Assembly (NCBI RefSeq): GCF_050920415.1
Contig: NZ_CP169309.1
Length of the DNA stretch: 64,000 nucleotides
Reading direction: 5' to 3' (one strand)
Origin: Escherichia coli
Lineage (GTDB): Bacteria; Pseudomonadota; Gammaproteobacteria; Enterobacterales; Enterobacteriaceae
In this document: positions 34,144-44,943 of the stretch, piece after piece
How positions within the stretch are numbered: the stretch's first letter is position 1
How the letters are laid out: every line of letters begins with the position of its first letter
Translations under genes and position numbers: made by a program
The notes under the pieces: model-generated
Database searches by the model: none
Seen by the model: only the letters and a program-made list of their open reading frames with translations
What the model was told of the DNA's origin: nothing

Positions 34144-37100
34144 TTACTCGGTTACCGTTTGTTTAGGTTTACGCGAAAAACGCAGCCGCAGACGGTCAAA
34201 AAAGAGATACACCACTGGCGTGGTATACAGCGTCAGAAGCTGGCTCATTACCAGACCTCCGACAATGGTGATCCCCAGGGGTTGGCGCAGCTCCGAGCCG
34301 TCACCGCCCGACAATACCAACGGCAGCGCACCAAACAGCGCCGCCAGGGTAGTCATCATAATCGGGCGAAAACGCAGCAGACAGGCCTGGAAAATAGCTT
34401 CCTGCGGCGTCAGGTTACCGTGCCGTTGGGCTTCGAGCGCAAAATCGACCATCATAATAGCGTTTTTCTTCACGATGCCGATTAATAGCATGATCCCTAT
34501 CAGGGCGATTAGGCTGAACGGGGCATTGAACAGCTCCAGCGCCAACAGCGCTCCAACGCCCGCCGAGGGCAGGGTGGAGAGAATCGTCAATGGATGTACG
34601 TAACTCTCGTAAAGGATACCCAGCACGATATACACCGTGGCGATGGCTGCGATAATCAGGATCACCTGCGAGTTCATCGTCTCCTGGAATACCTGCGCTG
34701 TTCCGGCAAAACTGCCGCGCACCGTCGAAGGCACACCTAGCTGGGTCATTGCGCGGTCAATCGCCGCACTGGCGTCCGAGAGCGATTTTCCGGTCGGCAA
34801 GTTGAACGAGATGGTCGAGGCCGCCGATAATCCCTGATGATTCACCGACAGCGGGGCATTCGCCGGTTGCCATTTAGCGAAATACGACAGCGGGATCGCT
34901 TTTCCTTCGTTATTAATGACGAACATTTTTTCCAGTGCACTGATGTCCTGGGTATAGCGTGGATCCACTTCCATCACCACTTTATACTGGTTCATGGGCT
35001 GGTAAATGGTCGAGATTTGCCGCTGCCCGAAGGCGTTATTCAACAGGCTGTTGGCGGCCTGCACGTCGATTCCCAGTCGTGCCATAGTGTCGCGGTCGTA
35101 AACCAGATTCATCTCCGCGCCGTTATCCTGCTGGTCGGAATTCACGTCCGCCAGTTCCGGTAACGTTGCCAGTTTTTTGCGGATTTTCGGCTCCCATTCG
35201 CGCAGCGCCGCCAGGTCGTCGGACAGCAACGTGTACTGATAACTGGCGTTCGACTGACGTCCGCCAACGCGAATATCTTGCACCGCCATCAGGAACAGAT
35301 TCGCTCCCGGTTCTTTCGCCAGCTTCACCCGTAGACGGTCGATAATTTGCTGCGCCGTTTCGCTGCGCTCGTCGCGTGGTTTGAGAGTGATAAACATCAT
35401 CCCACTGTTCACCCGCGAGCCACCGGTAAAGCCGGTGACATTATCCACTGCCGGATCGTCACGGATAATTTTCATGAAATCCTGCAACTTACCGCGCATC
35501 GCCTGAAACGAAATGCTCTGATCCGCCTGTATCCCGCCCATCAACACGCCGGTGTCCTGCTCCGGGAAGAAGGTTTTCGGGATCGAGATATACAGCCAGA
35601 TATTCAGCGCAATGGTGCCAAGCAGCACTACACCCACCAGACGGGTATGATTGAGCACCCATTTCAGCGACTTGCCGTAGCCTTGTTGCAGAGCAACCAA
35701 CATGCGACCAAAACCACGCAGACGCTTTTGCTCGCGCGGCTTGCTGGCTTTTAGCATCCAGCCGCACATCATCGGCGTTAACGTCAGGGAAACCAGCAAC
35801 GAAATACCAATGGCGACAGAAAGCGTCACGGCAAATTCGCGTAACAGTCGGCCCGGCAATCCGCCCATCAACAGCAGCGGCAGGAACACCGCCACCAGCG
35901 ACAGACTCATCGACAGCACCGTAAAGCCGACTTCGCGAGTACCTTGCAGCGCGGCTTGCAACGGTTTCATCCCCGCTTCCAGATGACGGGCAATGTTTTC
36001 CAGCACCACGATGGCATCATCCACCACAAAGCCAGTGGCGATGGTCAGCGCCATTAACGAAAGATTATTGAGACTGAAACCACACAGATACATCGCGGCA
36101 AACGTACCAATCAGCGAAACCGGCACCGCAACGGCGGGAATAGTAGTGGCGCGACCCGAGCGCAGGAATAAAAACACCACCAGAATCACCAGCGCCACCG
36201 AGATAATCAGCGTTTGCTCGACTTCCTCCAGTGAGGCGCGAATGGTGGGGGAGCGATCCTGGGCAATTTGCAGATCAATCGCCGCCGGAATGGTCTCCTG
36301 CAACTCCGGTAATTTTGCCCGGATGCTGTCAACCGTCTGGATAATATTGGCTTCCGGCAGCTTGCGGATCATCAGCAAAATAGCCGGTTTAGCGTTGGTC
36401 ATCCCGGCGTTGCGCACATCCTGCACCGAATCGGTCACCGTCGCCACATCGCCCAGACGAACCGCGCCGCCGTTGTTGTAATGAATAATCAGCGGTTGGT
36501 ATTCGGTAGCGGTTTTTAGCTCATCATTGGTCTGTATCTGCCAGCGGTGAGTGCCATCTTCCAGCGCCCCCTGCGGTTTACGCACGTTGGCATTGCTGAT
36601 GGCAGTGCGCACATCGTCCAGCGAGACGCCCTGATTAAACAGCGCCTGCGGGTTCAGCCCAACGCGCACGGCGGGCAACGAGCTGCCGCCGACATCGACA
36701 TCACCGACGCCGTCGATTTGCGAAATTGTCGGAGCCAGTTGCGTCGAGGCGAAATCGTACAGTTCACCTTGCGAATAAGTATCGGATGTCAGCGTGAGGA
36801 TCATAATTGGCGCATCCGAAGGATTCGCTTTGCGATAGGTCGGACGGCTTGGCATCCCACTGGGCAGCAAACTTTGCGCGGCGTTGATCGCCGCCTGCAC
36901 ATCGCGCGCCGCGCCGTTGATATCCCGGTCAAAATCAAACTGCAAAATAATACGCGTGCTGCCAAGCGAACTGCTGGAGGTCATTTCACTGACCCCGGCG
37001 ATGCGCCCAAGTGAGCGCTCCAGCGGCGTGGCGACGGAAGACGCCATTGTCTCCGGTGATGCACCGGGCAGCGAGGCGCTGACCATAATCACCGGAAAAT

Positions 37101-37221
37101 CGACCTGTGGCAGCGGGGCGACCGGCAGCATACGGAAACCCAGTATTCCGCACAGGGTAATGGCGACCGACAGTAAAATCGTCGCCACCGGGCGGTAAAT
37201 GAAGAGGGCAAAAAACTTCAC
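34144..37221 (-). CDS. mdtC: RND multidrug efflux permease MdtC
   Basis: 1025 aa RND transporter. Confidence 0.95.
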   Translation of the reverse strand: MKFFALFIYRPVATILLSVAITLCGILGFRMLPVAPLPQVDFPVIMVSASLPGASPETMASSVATPLERSLGRIAGVSEMTSSSSLGSTRIILQFDFDRDINGAARDVQAAINAAQSLLPSGMPSRPTYRKANPSDAPIMILTLTSDTYSQGELYDFASTQLAPTISQIDGVGDVDVGGSSLPAVRVGLNPQALFNQGVSLDDVRTAISNANVRKPQGALEDGTHRWQIQTNDELKTATEYQPLIIHYNNGGAVRLGDVATVTDSVQDVRNAGMTNAKPAILLMIRKLPEANIIQTVDSIRAKLPELQETIPAAIDLQIAQDRSPTIRASLEEVEQTLIISVALVILVVFLFLRSGRATTIPAVAVPVSLIGTFAAMYLCGFSLNNLSLMALTIATGFVVDDAIVVLENIARHLEAGMKPLQAALQGTREVGFTVLSMSLSLVAVFLPLLLMGGLPGRLLREFAVTLSVAIGISLLVSLTLTPMMCGWMLKASKPREQKRLRGFGRMLVALQQGYGKSLKWVLNHTRLVGVVLLGTIALNIWLYISIPKTFFPEQDTGVLMGGIQADQSISFQAMRGKLQDFMKIIRDDPAVDNVTGFTGGSRVNSGMMFITLKPRDERSETAQQIIDRLRVKLAKEPGANLFLMAVQDIRVGGRQSNASYQYTLLSDDLAALREWEPKIRKKLATLPELADVNSDQQDNGAEMNLVYDRDTMARLGIDVQAANSLLNNAFGQRQISTIYQPMNQYKVVMEVDPRYTQDISALEKMFVINNEGKAIPLSYFAKWQPANAPLSVNHQGLSAASTISFNLPTGKSLSDASAAIDRAMTQLGVPSTVRGSFAGTAQVFQETMNSQVILIIAAIATVYIVLGILYESYVHPLTILSTLPSAGVGALLALELFNAPFSLIALIGIMLLIGIVKKNAIMMVDFALEAQRHGNLTPQEAIFQACLLRFRPIMMTTLAALFGALPLVLSGGDGSELRQPLGITIVGGLVMSQLLTLYTTPVVYLFFDRLRLRFSRKPKQTVTE

Positions 37222-40200
37222 TTACGCCTCCTCTTCATGACGGACAAAGCGACTTTTGGTCCACAATGCCAGGCGGTCGAACAGCAGATAAATCACCGGC
37301 GTGGTGAACAGCGTCAGCACCTGGCTAACAATCAGGCCGCCGACCATGCCGATGCCTAACGGACGACGTAGTTCCGCGCCGACTCCGGTGCTCAACATCA
37401 GCGGCAGCGCGCCAAGCAGTGCCGCCAGAGTGGTCATCAGGATCGGACGAAAACGCAGCAAACAGGCCTGGTAAATTGCATCGCGCGGCGACATGCCTTG
37501 CTCGCGCTCGGCAGCCAGCGCGAAGTCGATCATCATGATGGCGTTTTTCTTCACAATACCGATCAGCAAAATAATGCCGATGATGGCGATCACATCCAGC
37601 TCACTTCCGGCAATCATTAGCGCCAGCAGTGCGCCAACACCTGCCGTTGGCAACGTCGAGAGAATGGTGATCGGGTGGATAAAGCTCTCGTACAGAATGC
37701 CGAGCACGATATACATCGCCACCACCGCTGCGACAATCAGCCAGACAGTGCTGCCCAATGCCGACTGGAAGGCGAGGGTGCTGCCCTGGAATTGTGTGGT
37801 GATATCCACCGGCAGATTCAGTGTCTTTTCGGTATCCATAATTGCCTGCACCGCATCACCGAGAGAATAGTTATCCGGCACGTTAAAGGAGATGGTCGTT
37901 ACCGGGAACTGATCCAGATGGTTGATGGAGAGCGGCGCAAAACGCTGCTCAATTTTGGCAATTGAGCTTAACGGCACCACGCCACCGTCGCTGCTGGTCA
38001 GGCGAATGGTATCCAGCGCCGCAAGCCCTGGGGTATTTTCGGTATTGTGCTCCAGCACCACGCGATACTGGTTAGCCTGAGTATAAATAGTGGAAATCAG
38101 CCGCTGACCAAACGCGTTGTACAGGGCGTTATCGACGTCCGCCATGCTGATCCCCAGACGGCTGGCGCTGTCGCGATCAACATTGACATACGCCACCAGC
38201 CCTTTGTCCTGCCAATCGCTGGAGACATCAGAAAGCTGCGGCAGCTGCTGGAGTTTTTCCACGAGTTGCGGCACCCAGGTACTGAGCGCATCCAGCGATG
38301 TGGCCTGCAAGGTAAACTGGTACTGGGTGCGGCTGACCTGAGTATCGATAGTCAGATCCTGCGTTGGTTGCAGGAAGAGATCGACACCCGGCACTTTATC
38401 GACCGCCGATTGCAGACGGGAGATAACTTTTTGCACCCGGTCATCACGTTCATCCAACGGTTTGAGGTTGATCTGTAAACGCGCACTGTTCAGCGACGGG
38501 TTAGTGCCATCAACGCCAACAAACGAGGTCAGACTTTGCACTGCCGGATCCTGCAAAATCACATCCGCGACCTGGCGTTGCCGCTGGGCCATATTGGCAA
38601 AGGAGCTGGACTGCGGTGCCTGCAAAGTGCCCTGAATAATGCCGTTGTCCTGTACCGGGAAGAAACCTTTCGGAATGAACACCCACAATAGAACGCTCAG
38701 CAGCAGCGTGCTGAGCGCCACGCTTAAGGTCAGCCACGGATGATTCAGCACTTTCGCCAGTCCACGACCATAGGCGGCAATTATCCTGTCGAACATTTTT
38801 TCCGAGGCCCGGGAGAAGCGGTTCTGTTTACGCAGCGACTCCTGGCTGAGCATCCGCGCGCACATCATCGGTGTCAGGGTCAGCGACACCACGGCTGAGA
38901 TCAAAATCGCTACCGCCAGGGTAATGGCAAATTCGCGGAACAGTCGCCCGACGATATCGCCCATAAACAGCAGCGGGATCAGCACTGCAATCAGTGAGAA
39001 GGTCAGCGAGATTATGGTAAAGCCGATTTCACCCGCGCCCTTGAGCGCCGCCGCCAACGGTTTTTCGCCTTTTTCGATATAGCGGGAAATGTTTTCGATC
39101 ACCACGATGGCGTCATCGACCACGAATCCGGTGGCGATGGTTAACGCCATCAGCGTCAGGTTATTGATTGAAAAATCGAGAAACACCATAACCGCAAAGG
39201 TGCCAATTAACGACAGCGGCACCGCGACGCCAGGAATGATGGTCGCCGGAATATTGCGCAGAAACAGGTAGATAATCATGACTACCAGCGCGATAGCCAT
39301 CATCAGCTCAAACTGGGTATCGTCGACCGATGCGCGGATATTGGTAGTGCGATCGGAAAGTACCGTCACCTTCACCGATTTCGGCAGACTCTCGGTGAGC
39401 TGTGGCAGCATCTGCCGGATGCTGTCGGCGGTAGAGATAATGTTAGCACCGGGCTGGCGCTGAACATTCATCACAATGGCCTGTTCTTTGTTCGCCCATG
39501 CGCCAAGCCAACTGTTTTCTGCGCCTTGTTCAACGGTTGCGACATCACCAAGACGAATCGGCGCGCCGTTCTGGTAGGCGATAATCAACTGGCGATATTC
39601 ATCTGCAGATTGCATCTGGTCGTTCGCGGAAAGCGTGACCGCGCGGGAAGGGCCGTCGAGGCTACCTTTAGCCGAGTTAACGTTAGCGCCGGTAATGGCG
39701 GTGCGCACGGTTTCGCTGGTCAGGCCGAGGGCGGCAATCGCCTGGGCGTTAAGTTTGACGCGAACAGCCGGACGCTGACCGCCGGAAAGCGTCACCAGCC
39801 CGACGCCGGAAATCTGCGAGATCTTCTGCGCGACGCGGGTTTCCACCATGTCTTCCACTTGCGTCATCGGCATGGCGGTTGATGTGACGGCAAGCGTCAT
39901 GATCGGCGGATCTGCCGGGTTCACTTTGCTGTAAACCGGCGGGTTAGGCAGATCGCTCGGCAACAAGTTGGTCGCAGCGTTAATCGCGGCCTGCACTTCC
40001 TGCTCGGCGACATCCAGCGGTAATGTTAGCTGGAACTGCAAAGTGATAACTGACGCGCCGCCGGAACTTTGCGACGACATCTGTTTCAGGCCGGACATCT
40101 GCCCGAACTGGCGTTCGAGCGGTGCGGTAACGGCAGAGGTCATGACATCCGGGCTGGCACCTGGGTAGAGGGTGACCACCTGAATGGTTGGATAGTCCAC

Positions 40201-40344
40201 TTCCGGCAGCGCCGAAACGGGCAGGGCACGATAACCGATAATCCCGGCGAGTAAGATCGCCACCATCAGCAGCGTGGTGGCGACAGGACGCATAATAAAC
40301 AGGCGCGACGGGCCGCCTGTGCTGCTCGGGGGTAACACCTGCAT
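37222..40344 (-). CDS. mdtB: RND multidrug efflux permease MdtB
   Basis: 1040 aa RND transporter; paralogous to mdtC. Confidence 0.95.
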   Translation of the reverse strand: MQVLPPSSTGGPSRLFIMRPVATTLLMVAILLAGIIGYRALPVSALPEVDYPTIQVVTLYPGASPDVMTSAVTAPLERQFGQMSGLKQMSSQSSGGASVITLQFQLTLPLDVAEQEVQAAINAATNLLPSDLPNPPVYSKVNPADPPIMTLAVTSTAMPMTQVEDMVETRVAQKISQISGVGLVTLSGGQRPAVRVKLNAQAIAALGLTSETVRTAITGANVNSAKGSLDGPSRAVTLSANDQMQSADEYRQLIIAYQNGAPIRLGDVATVEQGAENSWLGAWANKEQAIVMNVQRQPGANIISTADSIRQMLPQLTESLPKSVKVTVLSDRTTNIRASVDDTQFELMMAIALVVMIIYLFLRNIPATIIPGVAVPLSLIGTFAVMVFLDFSINNLTLMALTIATGFVVDDAIVVIENISRYIEKGEKPLAAALKGAGEIGFTIISLTFSLIAVLIPLLFMGDIVGRLFREFAITLAVAILISAVVSLTLTPMMCARMLSQESLRKQNRFSRASEKMFDRIIAAYGRGLAKVLNHPWLTLSVALSTLLLSVLLWVFIPKGFFPVQDNGIIQGTLQAPQSSSFANMAQRQRQVADVILQDPAVQSLTSFVGVDGTNPSLNSARLQINLKPLDERDDRVQKVISRLQSAVDKVPGVDLFLQPTQDLTIDTQVSRTQYQFTLQATSLDALSTWVPQLVEKLQQLPQLSDVSSDWQDKGLVAYVNVDRDSASRLGISMADVDNALYNAFGQRLISTIYTQANQYRVVLEHNTENTPGLAALDTIRLTSSDGGVVPLSSIAKIEQRFAPLSINHLDQFPVTTISFNVPDNYSLGDAVQAIMDTEKTLNLPVDITTQFQGSTLAFQSALGSTVWLIVAAVVAMYIVLGILYESFIHPITILSTLPTAGVGALLALMIAGSELDVIAIIGIILLIGIVKKNAIMMIDFALAAEREQGMSPRDAIYQACLLRFRPILMTTLAALLGALPLMLSTGVGAELRRPLGIGMVGGLIVSQVLTLFTTPVIYLLFDRLALWTKSRFVRHEEEA

Positions 40345-41591
40345 CAGGAGCGTGCTCCTTTTTTCACGTATTCGCGGCTGGTGGCTTTCTCTTCCGAAGT
40401 GGTGGCGCTTTGAGCTTCAACCACTTCCACTTTCGCCCCTTCGGTCAGACGATCAATGCCATCCGTCACTACGCGGTCGCCTGCAGAAATACCTGCGCGG
40501 ATCACCACTTTCTGACTGTCCTGAATGCCCGGCGTCACCAGATGTTTGCTGACTTTGTTTTCGCTATTCAGCACCCAGACAAAATGGCCTTCGTTGCCCA
40601 TTTGCAGGGCGGCGGTGGGGATCACCACGGCGTTTTGTTCGGTGTCGACTAACATGCGAGCGTTAACAAACTGATTGGGAAACAGCGCATCATCCTGATT
40701 ATTAAAGCGTGCTTTCACTTTAATCGTACCGGTAGTGGCATCGATTTGGTTATCGAGACTTAACAGCGTGCCTTCACTTAATTTCTTCGAGTTGGTGCGA
40801 TCCCAGGCTTCAACAACCAGCGGTTTTCCGGCTTTTTGCGCCTGTACTACGGTAGTGATATCGCTTTCCGGCAGGGTAAAGAGCAAATCGATAGGATGCG
40901 TCTGGGTGATCACCACAATCCCGGTGGTATCACCACTGGAGATTTGGTTACCAACATCAACCTGCTTGAGACCAACGCGACCATCGACTGGTGCGGTGAT
41001 GCGGCTCCAGTCGAGTTGCAGCTGCGCACTGGCGACGCTCGCTTCATCAGCCTTAATGGTACCTTCGGTTTCACTGACCAGCGCCTGTTGGGCATCCAAT
41101 TCCTGACGGGAGACGAGATTGGTTTTTGCCAGTTGCTGATAACGCGCTAAATCACGGCGGGCGTTGGCTAGCGTGGCTTTATCTTTTGCCAGTTGCCCCT
41201 GAGCTTGTGCTAATGCAACTTTGAACTGGCTGGGGTCAATTTCTGCCAGTAAATCGCCTGCTTTGACCTGCTGACCCTCCTGGAAATGTAATGCCATCAG
41301 TTGACCATCTACGCGACTGCGCACCGTAACGGTGTTAGCAGCGGTAATCGTACCAAGCCCGGTGAGGTAACGCGGAACCGCCTGTTCCACGGCAGTTGCT
41401 GCCTGAACCGGGGCCAATGGGCCGGAACGCATACCACGGCGGCCACCGGCTGGCGACTGCTGTGCTTGCTTCGTCGCACCTGGCGCTGCGCTCTGGGATT
41501 CATTGCGGCCTTGCCAGAACCAGAAAGCGGCGATGGCGGCGATAACCACCACGATTACGATTACCCAACGGGATTTATAACTGCCTTTCAT
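40344..41591 (-). CDS. mdtA: RND efflux membrane fusion protein MdtA
   Basis: Internal start [16 protein letters not shown] within ORF 40344..41738 gives 415 aa. Confidence 0.92.
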   Translation of the reverse strand: MKGSYKSRWVIVIVVVIAAIAAFWFWQGRNESQSAAPGATKQAQQSPAGGRRGMRSGPLAPVQAATAVEQAVPRYLTGLGTITAANTVTVRSRVDGQLMALHFQEGQQVKAGDLLAEIDPSQFKVALAQAQGQLAKDKATLANARRDLARYQQLAKTNLVSRQELDAQQALVSETEGTIKADEASVASAQLQLDWSRITAPVDGRVGLKQVDVGNQISSGDTTGIVVITQTHPIDLLFTLPESDITTVVQAQKAGKPLVVEAWDRTNSKKLSEGTLLSLDNQIDATTGTIKVKARFNNQDDALFPNQFVNARMLVDTEQNAVVIPTAALQMGNEGHFVWVLNSENKVSKHLVTPGIQDSQKVVIRAGISAGDRVVTDGIDRLTEGAKVEVVEAQSATTSEEKATSREYVKKGARS

Positions 41592-41821
41592 CGTTAAGAG
41601 TTTCTCTTCCTGAAACGTTTCGCGGAATGATACTAGTGTAGCCAGCCAATAAGGGAGAAAAATGGAGGAATTATGAAACACTGTCGGGAATCGTCTGAAT
41701 GACGGGCACTTTTGCGAGCACGCATCCAGTAATAACACAGGAAACTATTTTATCTACGCGTTAGCGATAGACTGCATTAAGGGCAAAAGGAGGTAGGCCG
41801 ACGATTTCAGCGGGACGCTGA

Positions 41822-41962
41822 AACGGGAAAGCCCCTCCCGAGGAAGGGGCCTTAAATAAGGAAAGGGTCATGATGAAGTGGATCATCATCGTGGTGCTCT
41901 TAGTCGTTAGCTACCCAGCTTACTAAGACTACCAGGGCGGGGGAAACCCCGCTCTACCCTCA
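41822..41962 (-). ncRNA. Sib-family antisense sRNA (antitoxin), copy 1; ends approximate
   Basis: Minus strand has TTGACA (41992-41997), 17 bp spacer and a weak -10 (TACTTT); transcript would fully overlap the ibs ORF and end at a GC-rich hairpin + U tract near 41822. Confidence 0.6.
41869..41925 (+). CDS. Ibs-family type I toxin, 18 aa hydrophobic peptide (MMKWIIIVVLLVVSYPAY)
   Basis: ATGATGAAG start 8 nt after AAAGGG RBS; hydrophobic 18-residue peptide; below the ORF-track size cutoff. Confidence 0.8.
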
Positions 41963-42150
41963 CTCCTGAAAGTATGCCTTCACAATCAGATTGTCAATCC
42001 GCAGGCTTTGTAGTCTGCGATCCTGCCAGCAAATATTCTTTGCGAGACGTTACGCAATAATCACAGATGAAACTATTTTATCTACGCGTTAGCGATAGAC
42101 TGCATTCAGGGCAAAAGGAGGTAGGCCGCCGATTTCAGCGGGACGCTGAA

Positions 42151-42291
42151 ACGGGAAAGCCCCTCCCGAGGAAGGGGCCTTAAATAAGGAAAGGGTCATG
42201 ATGAAGATACTCATCATCGTGGTGCTCTTAGTCATTAGCTTACCGGCTTACTAAGACTACCAGGGCGGGGGAAACCCCGCTCTACCCTCAC
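42151..42291 (-). ncRNA. Sib-family antisense sRNA, copy 2; ends approximate
   Basis: Same promoter and terminator elements as copy 1, shifted by the repeat period. Confidence 0.6.
42198..42254 (+). CDS. Ibs-family type I toxin, 18 aa (MMKILIIVVLLVISLPAY)
   Basis: Same architecture as copy 1, 329 bp downstream. Confidence 0.8.
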   Translation: MMKILIIVVLLVISLPAY

Positions 42292-42478
42292 TCCTGAAAG
42301 TATGCCTTCACAATCAGATTGTCAATCCGCAGGCTTTGTAGTCTGCGATCCTGCCAGCAAATATTCTTTGCGAGACGTTACGCAATAATCACATGTGAAA
42401 CTATTTTATCTGCAAGTTAGCGATAGACTGCTTGCATGGCGAAAGGAGGTAGGCCGCCGATTTCAGCGGGACGCTGAA

Positions 42479-42625
42479 ACGGGAAAGCCCCTCCCGAGGA
42501 AGGGGCCTTAAATAAGGAAAGGGTCATGATGAAGCTACTCATCATCGTGGTGCTCTTAGTTATTAGCTGGCCAGCTTACTAAGACTACCAGGGCGGGGGA
42601 AACCCCGCTCTACCCTCACTCCTGA
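42479..42625 (-). ncRNA. Sib-family antisense sRNA, copy 3; ends approximate, promoter region diverged
   Basis: TTGACA -35 retained, but the spacer and -10 differ from copies 1 and 2. Confidence 0.5.
42526..42582 (+). CDS. Ibs-family type I toxin, 18 aa (MMKLLIIVVLLVISWPAY)
   Basis: Same architecture; third copy. Confidence 0.8.
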   Translation: MMKLLIIVVLLVISWPAY

Positions 42626-42799
42626 AGTTATGTTACTCCACCCTTATTGTCAATCTGTAAGTCCACGTTCTTGCGGGGCGAATAGCAAAACCCTCTGCGC
42701 TTATGGGCCGAATTCTGAAAGTTGCTTTGCCTGCTCTTATTTCATTATTGCAGTCGGTATGATACCGGACCTCAATAATTCTCTAAGAAAGGATTTCTT

Positions 42800-43459
42800 A
42801 TGAGCGAACAAATCACGTTTGCCACCAGCGATTTTGCCAGTAACCCGGAACCACGTTGCCCCTGCATTTTGCTGTTGGATGTTTCTGGTTCGATGAGTGG
42901 TAGACCTATTAATGAACTTAACGCCGGATTGGTTACCTTTCGCGATGAGCTGCTTGCCGATTCGCTGGCCTTAAAAAGAGTGGAACTCGGTATTGTGACG
43001 TTCGGCCCGGTGCATGTGGAACAACCATTTACCAGCGCCGCTAATTTTTTCCCGCCCATCCTGTTTGCCCAGGGCGATACACCAATGGGGGCCGCCATTA
43101 CCAAAGCCCTGAATATGGTTGAGGAGCGCAAACGTGAGTATCGCGCCAATGGTATTTCCTATTATCGTCCGTGGATTTTCCTGATTACCGATGGCGCACC
43201 AACCGATGAGTGGCAGGCTGCTGCCAACAAGGTGTTTCAGGGGGAAGAAGATAAGAAGTTTGCCTTCTTTTCCATCGGTGTTCAGGGGGCGGATATGAAG
43301 ACGCTGGCCCAAATCAGCGTTCGTCAGCCTTTGCCTCTTCAAGGATTACAATTCCGCGAACTGTTTAGCTGGTTATCCAGTTCGCTGCGTTCGGTTTCCC
43401 GCTCCACGCCGGGAATGGAAGTTGTACTGGAAGCGCCAAAAGGCTGGACGTCAGTGTGA
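42800..43459 (+). CDS. yegL: von Willebrand factor A (vWA) domain protein
   Basis: 219 aa; MIDAS-like DxSxS motif ([11 protein letters not shown]) plus downstream T and D residues (ITDGAPTD). Confidence 0.88.
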   Translation: MSEQITFATSDFASNPEPRCPCILLLDVSGSMSGRPINELNAGLVTFRDELLADSLALKRVELGIVTFGPVHVEQPFTSAANFFPPILFAQGDTPMGAAITKALNMVEERKREYRANGISYYRPWIFLITDGAPTDEWQAAANKVFQGEEDKKFAFFSIGVQGADMKTLAQISVRQPLPLQGLQFRELFSWLSSSLRSVSRSTPGMEVVLEAPKGWTSV

Positions 43460-44217
43460 GCTGGCGTCTGGTTTATGCATCAGCCGTTGGAACGTCGCAC
43501 ATCAGCGCTGACTTGTCTTGCCAGGATGCCTGCCAGATGCAGGTTGTCTGGCTAAATGACCAGCAGCCATTATTGACGGTATTTGTCGCTGATGGCGCAG
43601 GCAGCGTTTCGCAGGGTGGCGAAGGTGCGACGCTTGCCGTCAATGAAGCGATGGCTTATATGATGCAAAAAGTGCAGGGCGGGGAATTGGGGCTTAATGA
43701 TGTCCTCGCAACGGATATTGTGCTGACCGTTCGTCAGCGACTTTTTGCCGAGGCGGAAGCTAAAGAATTAGCAGTTCGTGATTTTGCCTGCACGTTTCTG
43801 GGACTGATTTCATCGCCTAACGGCACATTGATTATGCAGATTGGCGATGGCGGCGTGGTGGTAGATTTGGGTCACGATCTGCAATTGCCGCTCACGCCGA
43901 TGGTGGGTGAATATGCCAACATGACGCATTTCATTACCGATGAAGATGCCGTTTCCAGACTTGAAACTTTCACCAGCACTGAGCGTGCGCATAGAGTTGC
44001 AGCATTTACGGATGGTATTCAGAGACTGGCGTTAAATATGCTGGATAATTCTCCGCATGTGCCTTTCTTTACCCCGTTTTTCAATGGACTGGCGTCAGCA
44101 ACGCAGGAACAACTCGATTTATTACCTGAATTGTTAAAGCAGTTTTTGTCCAGCCCAGCGGTAAACGAGCGTACCGATGATGATAAAACGTTAGCACTGG
44201 CTATGTGGACAGAATGA
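43456..44217 (+). CDS. yegK: PP2C-family Ser/Thr protein phosphatase
   Basis: 253 aa; GTG start overlaps the yegL stop (GTGA), suggesting translational coupling; PP2C-like acidic motifs (VADGAGS, QIGDGG). Confidence 0.85.
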   Translation: MSWRLVYASAVGTSHISADLSCQDACQMQVVWLNDQQPLLTVFVADGAGSVSQGGEGATLAVNEAMAYMMQKVQGGELGLNDVLATDIVLTVRQRLFAEAEAKELAVRDFACTFLGLISSPNGTLIMQIGDGGVVVDLGHDLQLPLTPMVGEYANMTHFITDEDAVSRLETFTSTERAHRVAAFTDGIQRLALNMLDNSPHVPFFTPFFNGLASATQEQLDLLPELLKQFLSSPAVNERTDDDKTLALAMWTE

Positions 44218-44281
44218 ACATCGCATGGCGGTTGAAGACAACGGTTCAACCGCCAGTTTAAGCAATCAATATAATGGCTGG

Positions 44282-44743
44282 CTAGCGAACTAATTTTGCT
44301 CTTAGCTCGTCGGCTTCTTCTTTTGGATAGGTGACCAATAAAGGATCAATGGTATAACCACCGTAAATTTTATCCCCGCGCGTATACATCCAGTCTGAAA
44401 TATCTTCTTTCTTGATTTTCCACTCCTGGCCATATTCTACGTTTGTAACAATACCAGGGTCATTGCTTATTATACCAATAAACATGCCGTTAGAATAAGT
44501 GACATCCGTGAGCCAGAAATGCTCGGTTTCTCCGCGATCGGTTATCGGGGCTTTGACTGCGAAAGTATCAGCATCTTTTTTATTCATAACTTCGATGAAT
44601 TGATCGGTTTCTTTCCGCGCATGTTTAATCGCGTCAGACATCGCCTTTTTATCATAACCTCCTGTCACTAACGTATCCGAAATCTCACTAAAGCCCGCGG
44701 TAGTAAAAAATAGCAGACTCAACATAAGTAATATCTTTTTCAT
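44282..44743 (-). CDS. yegJ: Secreted DUF2314 protein
   Basis: 153 aa; signal peptide MKKILLMLSLLFFTTAGFS; AT-rich gene on the opposite strand between yegK and yegI. Confidence 0.8.
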   Translation of the reverse strand: MKKILLMLSLLFFTTAGFSEISDTLVTGGYDKKAMSDAIKHARKETDQFIEVMNKKDADTFAVKAPITDRGETEHFWLTDVTYSNGMFIGIISNDPGIVTNVEYGQEWKIKKEDISDWMYTRGDKIYGGYTIDPLLVTYPKEEADELRAKLVR

Positions 44744-44943
44744 TTTTTCTCCAGAATCCCTGTGTAGTAAAAGTTAGCAAAAAACCTGTGGAAGTGAATC
44801 ATTATCAGGTTGGAATTGAATTGTATCCTGATGAAATTGCATTATCATTTTTATTCTTGAGTGGGACTCTTCCAATATAGAAATAATTATAATGGGCAGT
44901 GTTATTATTCATTGAAATATAATATGACTGCCCTTGAAACATT

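Larger units (their letters stand above)
41741..42640. repeat. Three tandem ~329 bp direct repeats, each carrying one ibs/sib type I TA module
   Basis: Near-identical units starting GAAACTATTTTATCT at 41741, 42069 and 42397; each has GGAAAGGGTC + ATGATGAAG...TACTAA. Third unit diverges after ~42617. Confidence 0.9.

Noticed and set aside
41741-42640. Possible CRISPR array (tandem repeats)
   Set aside because: Repeat unit is ~329 bp with no short repeat-spacer periodicity, and each unit encodes an ibs/sib module; no cas genes in the window.
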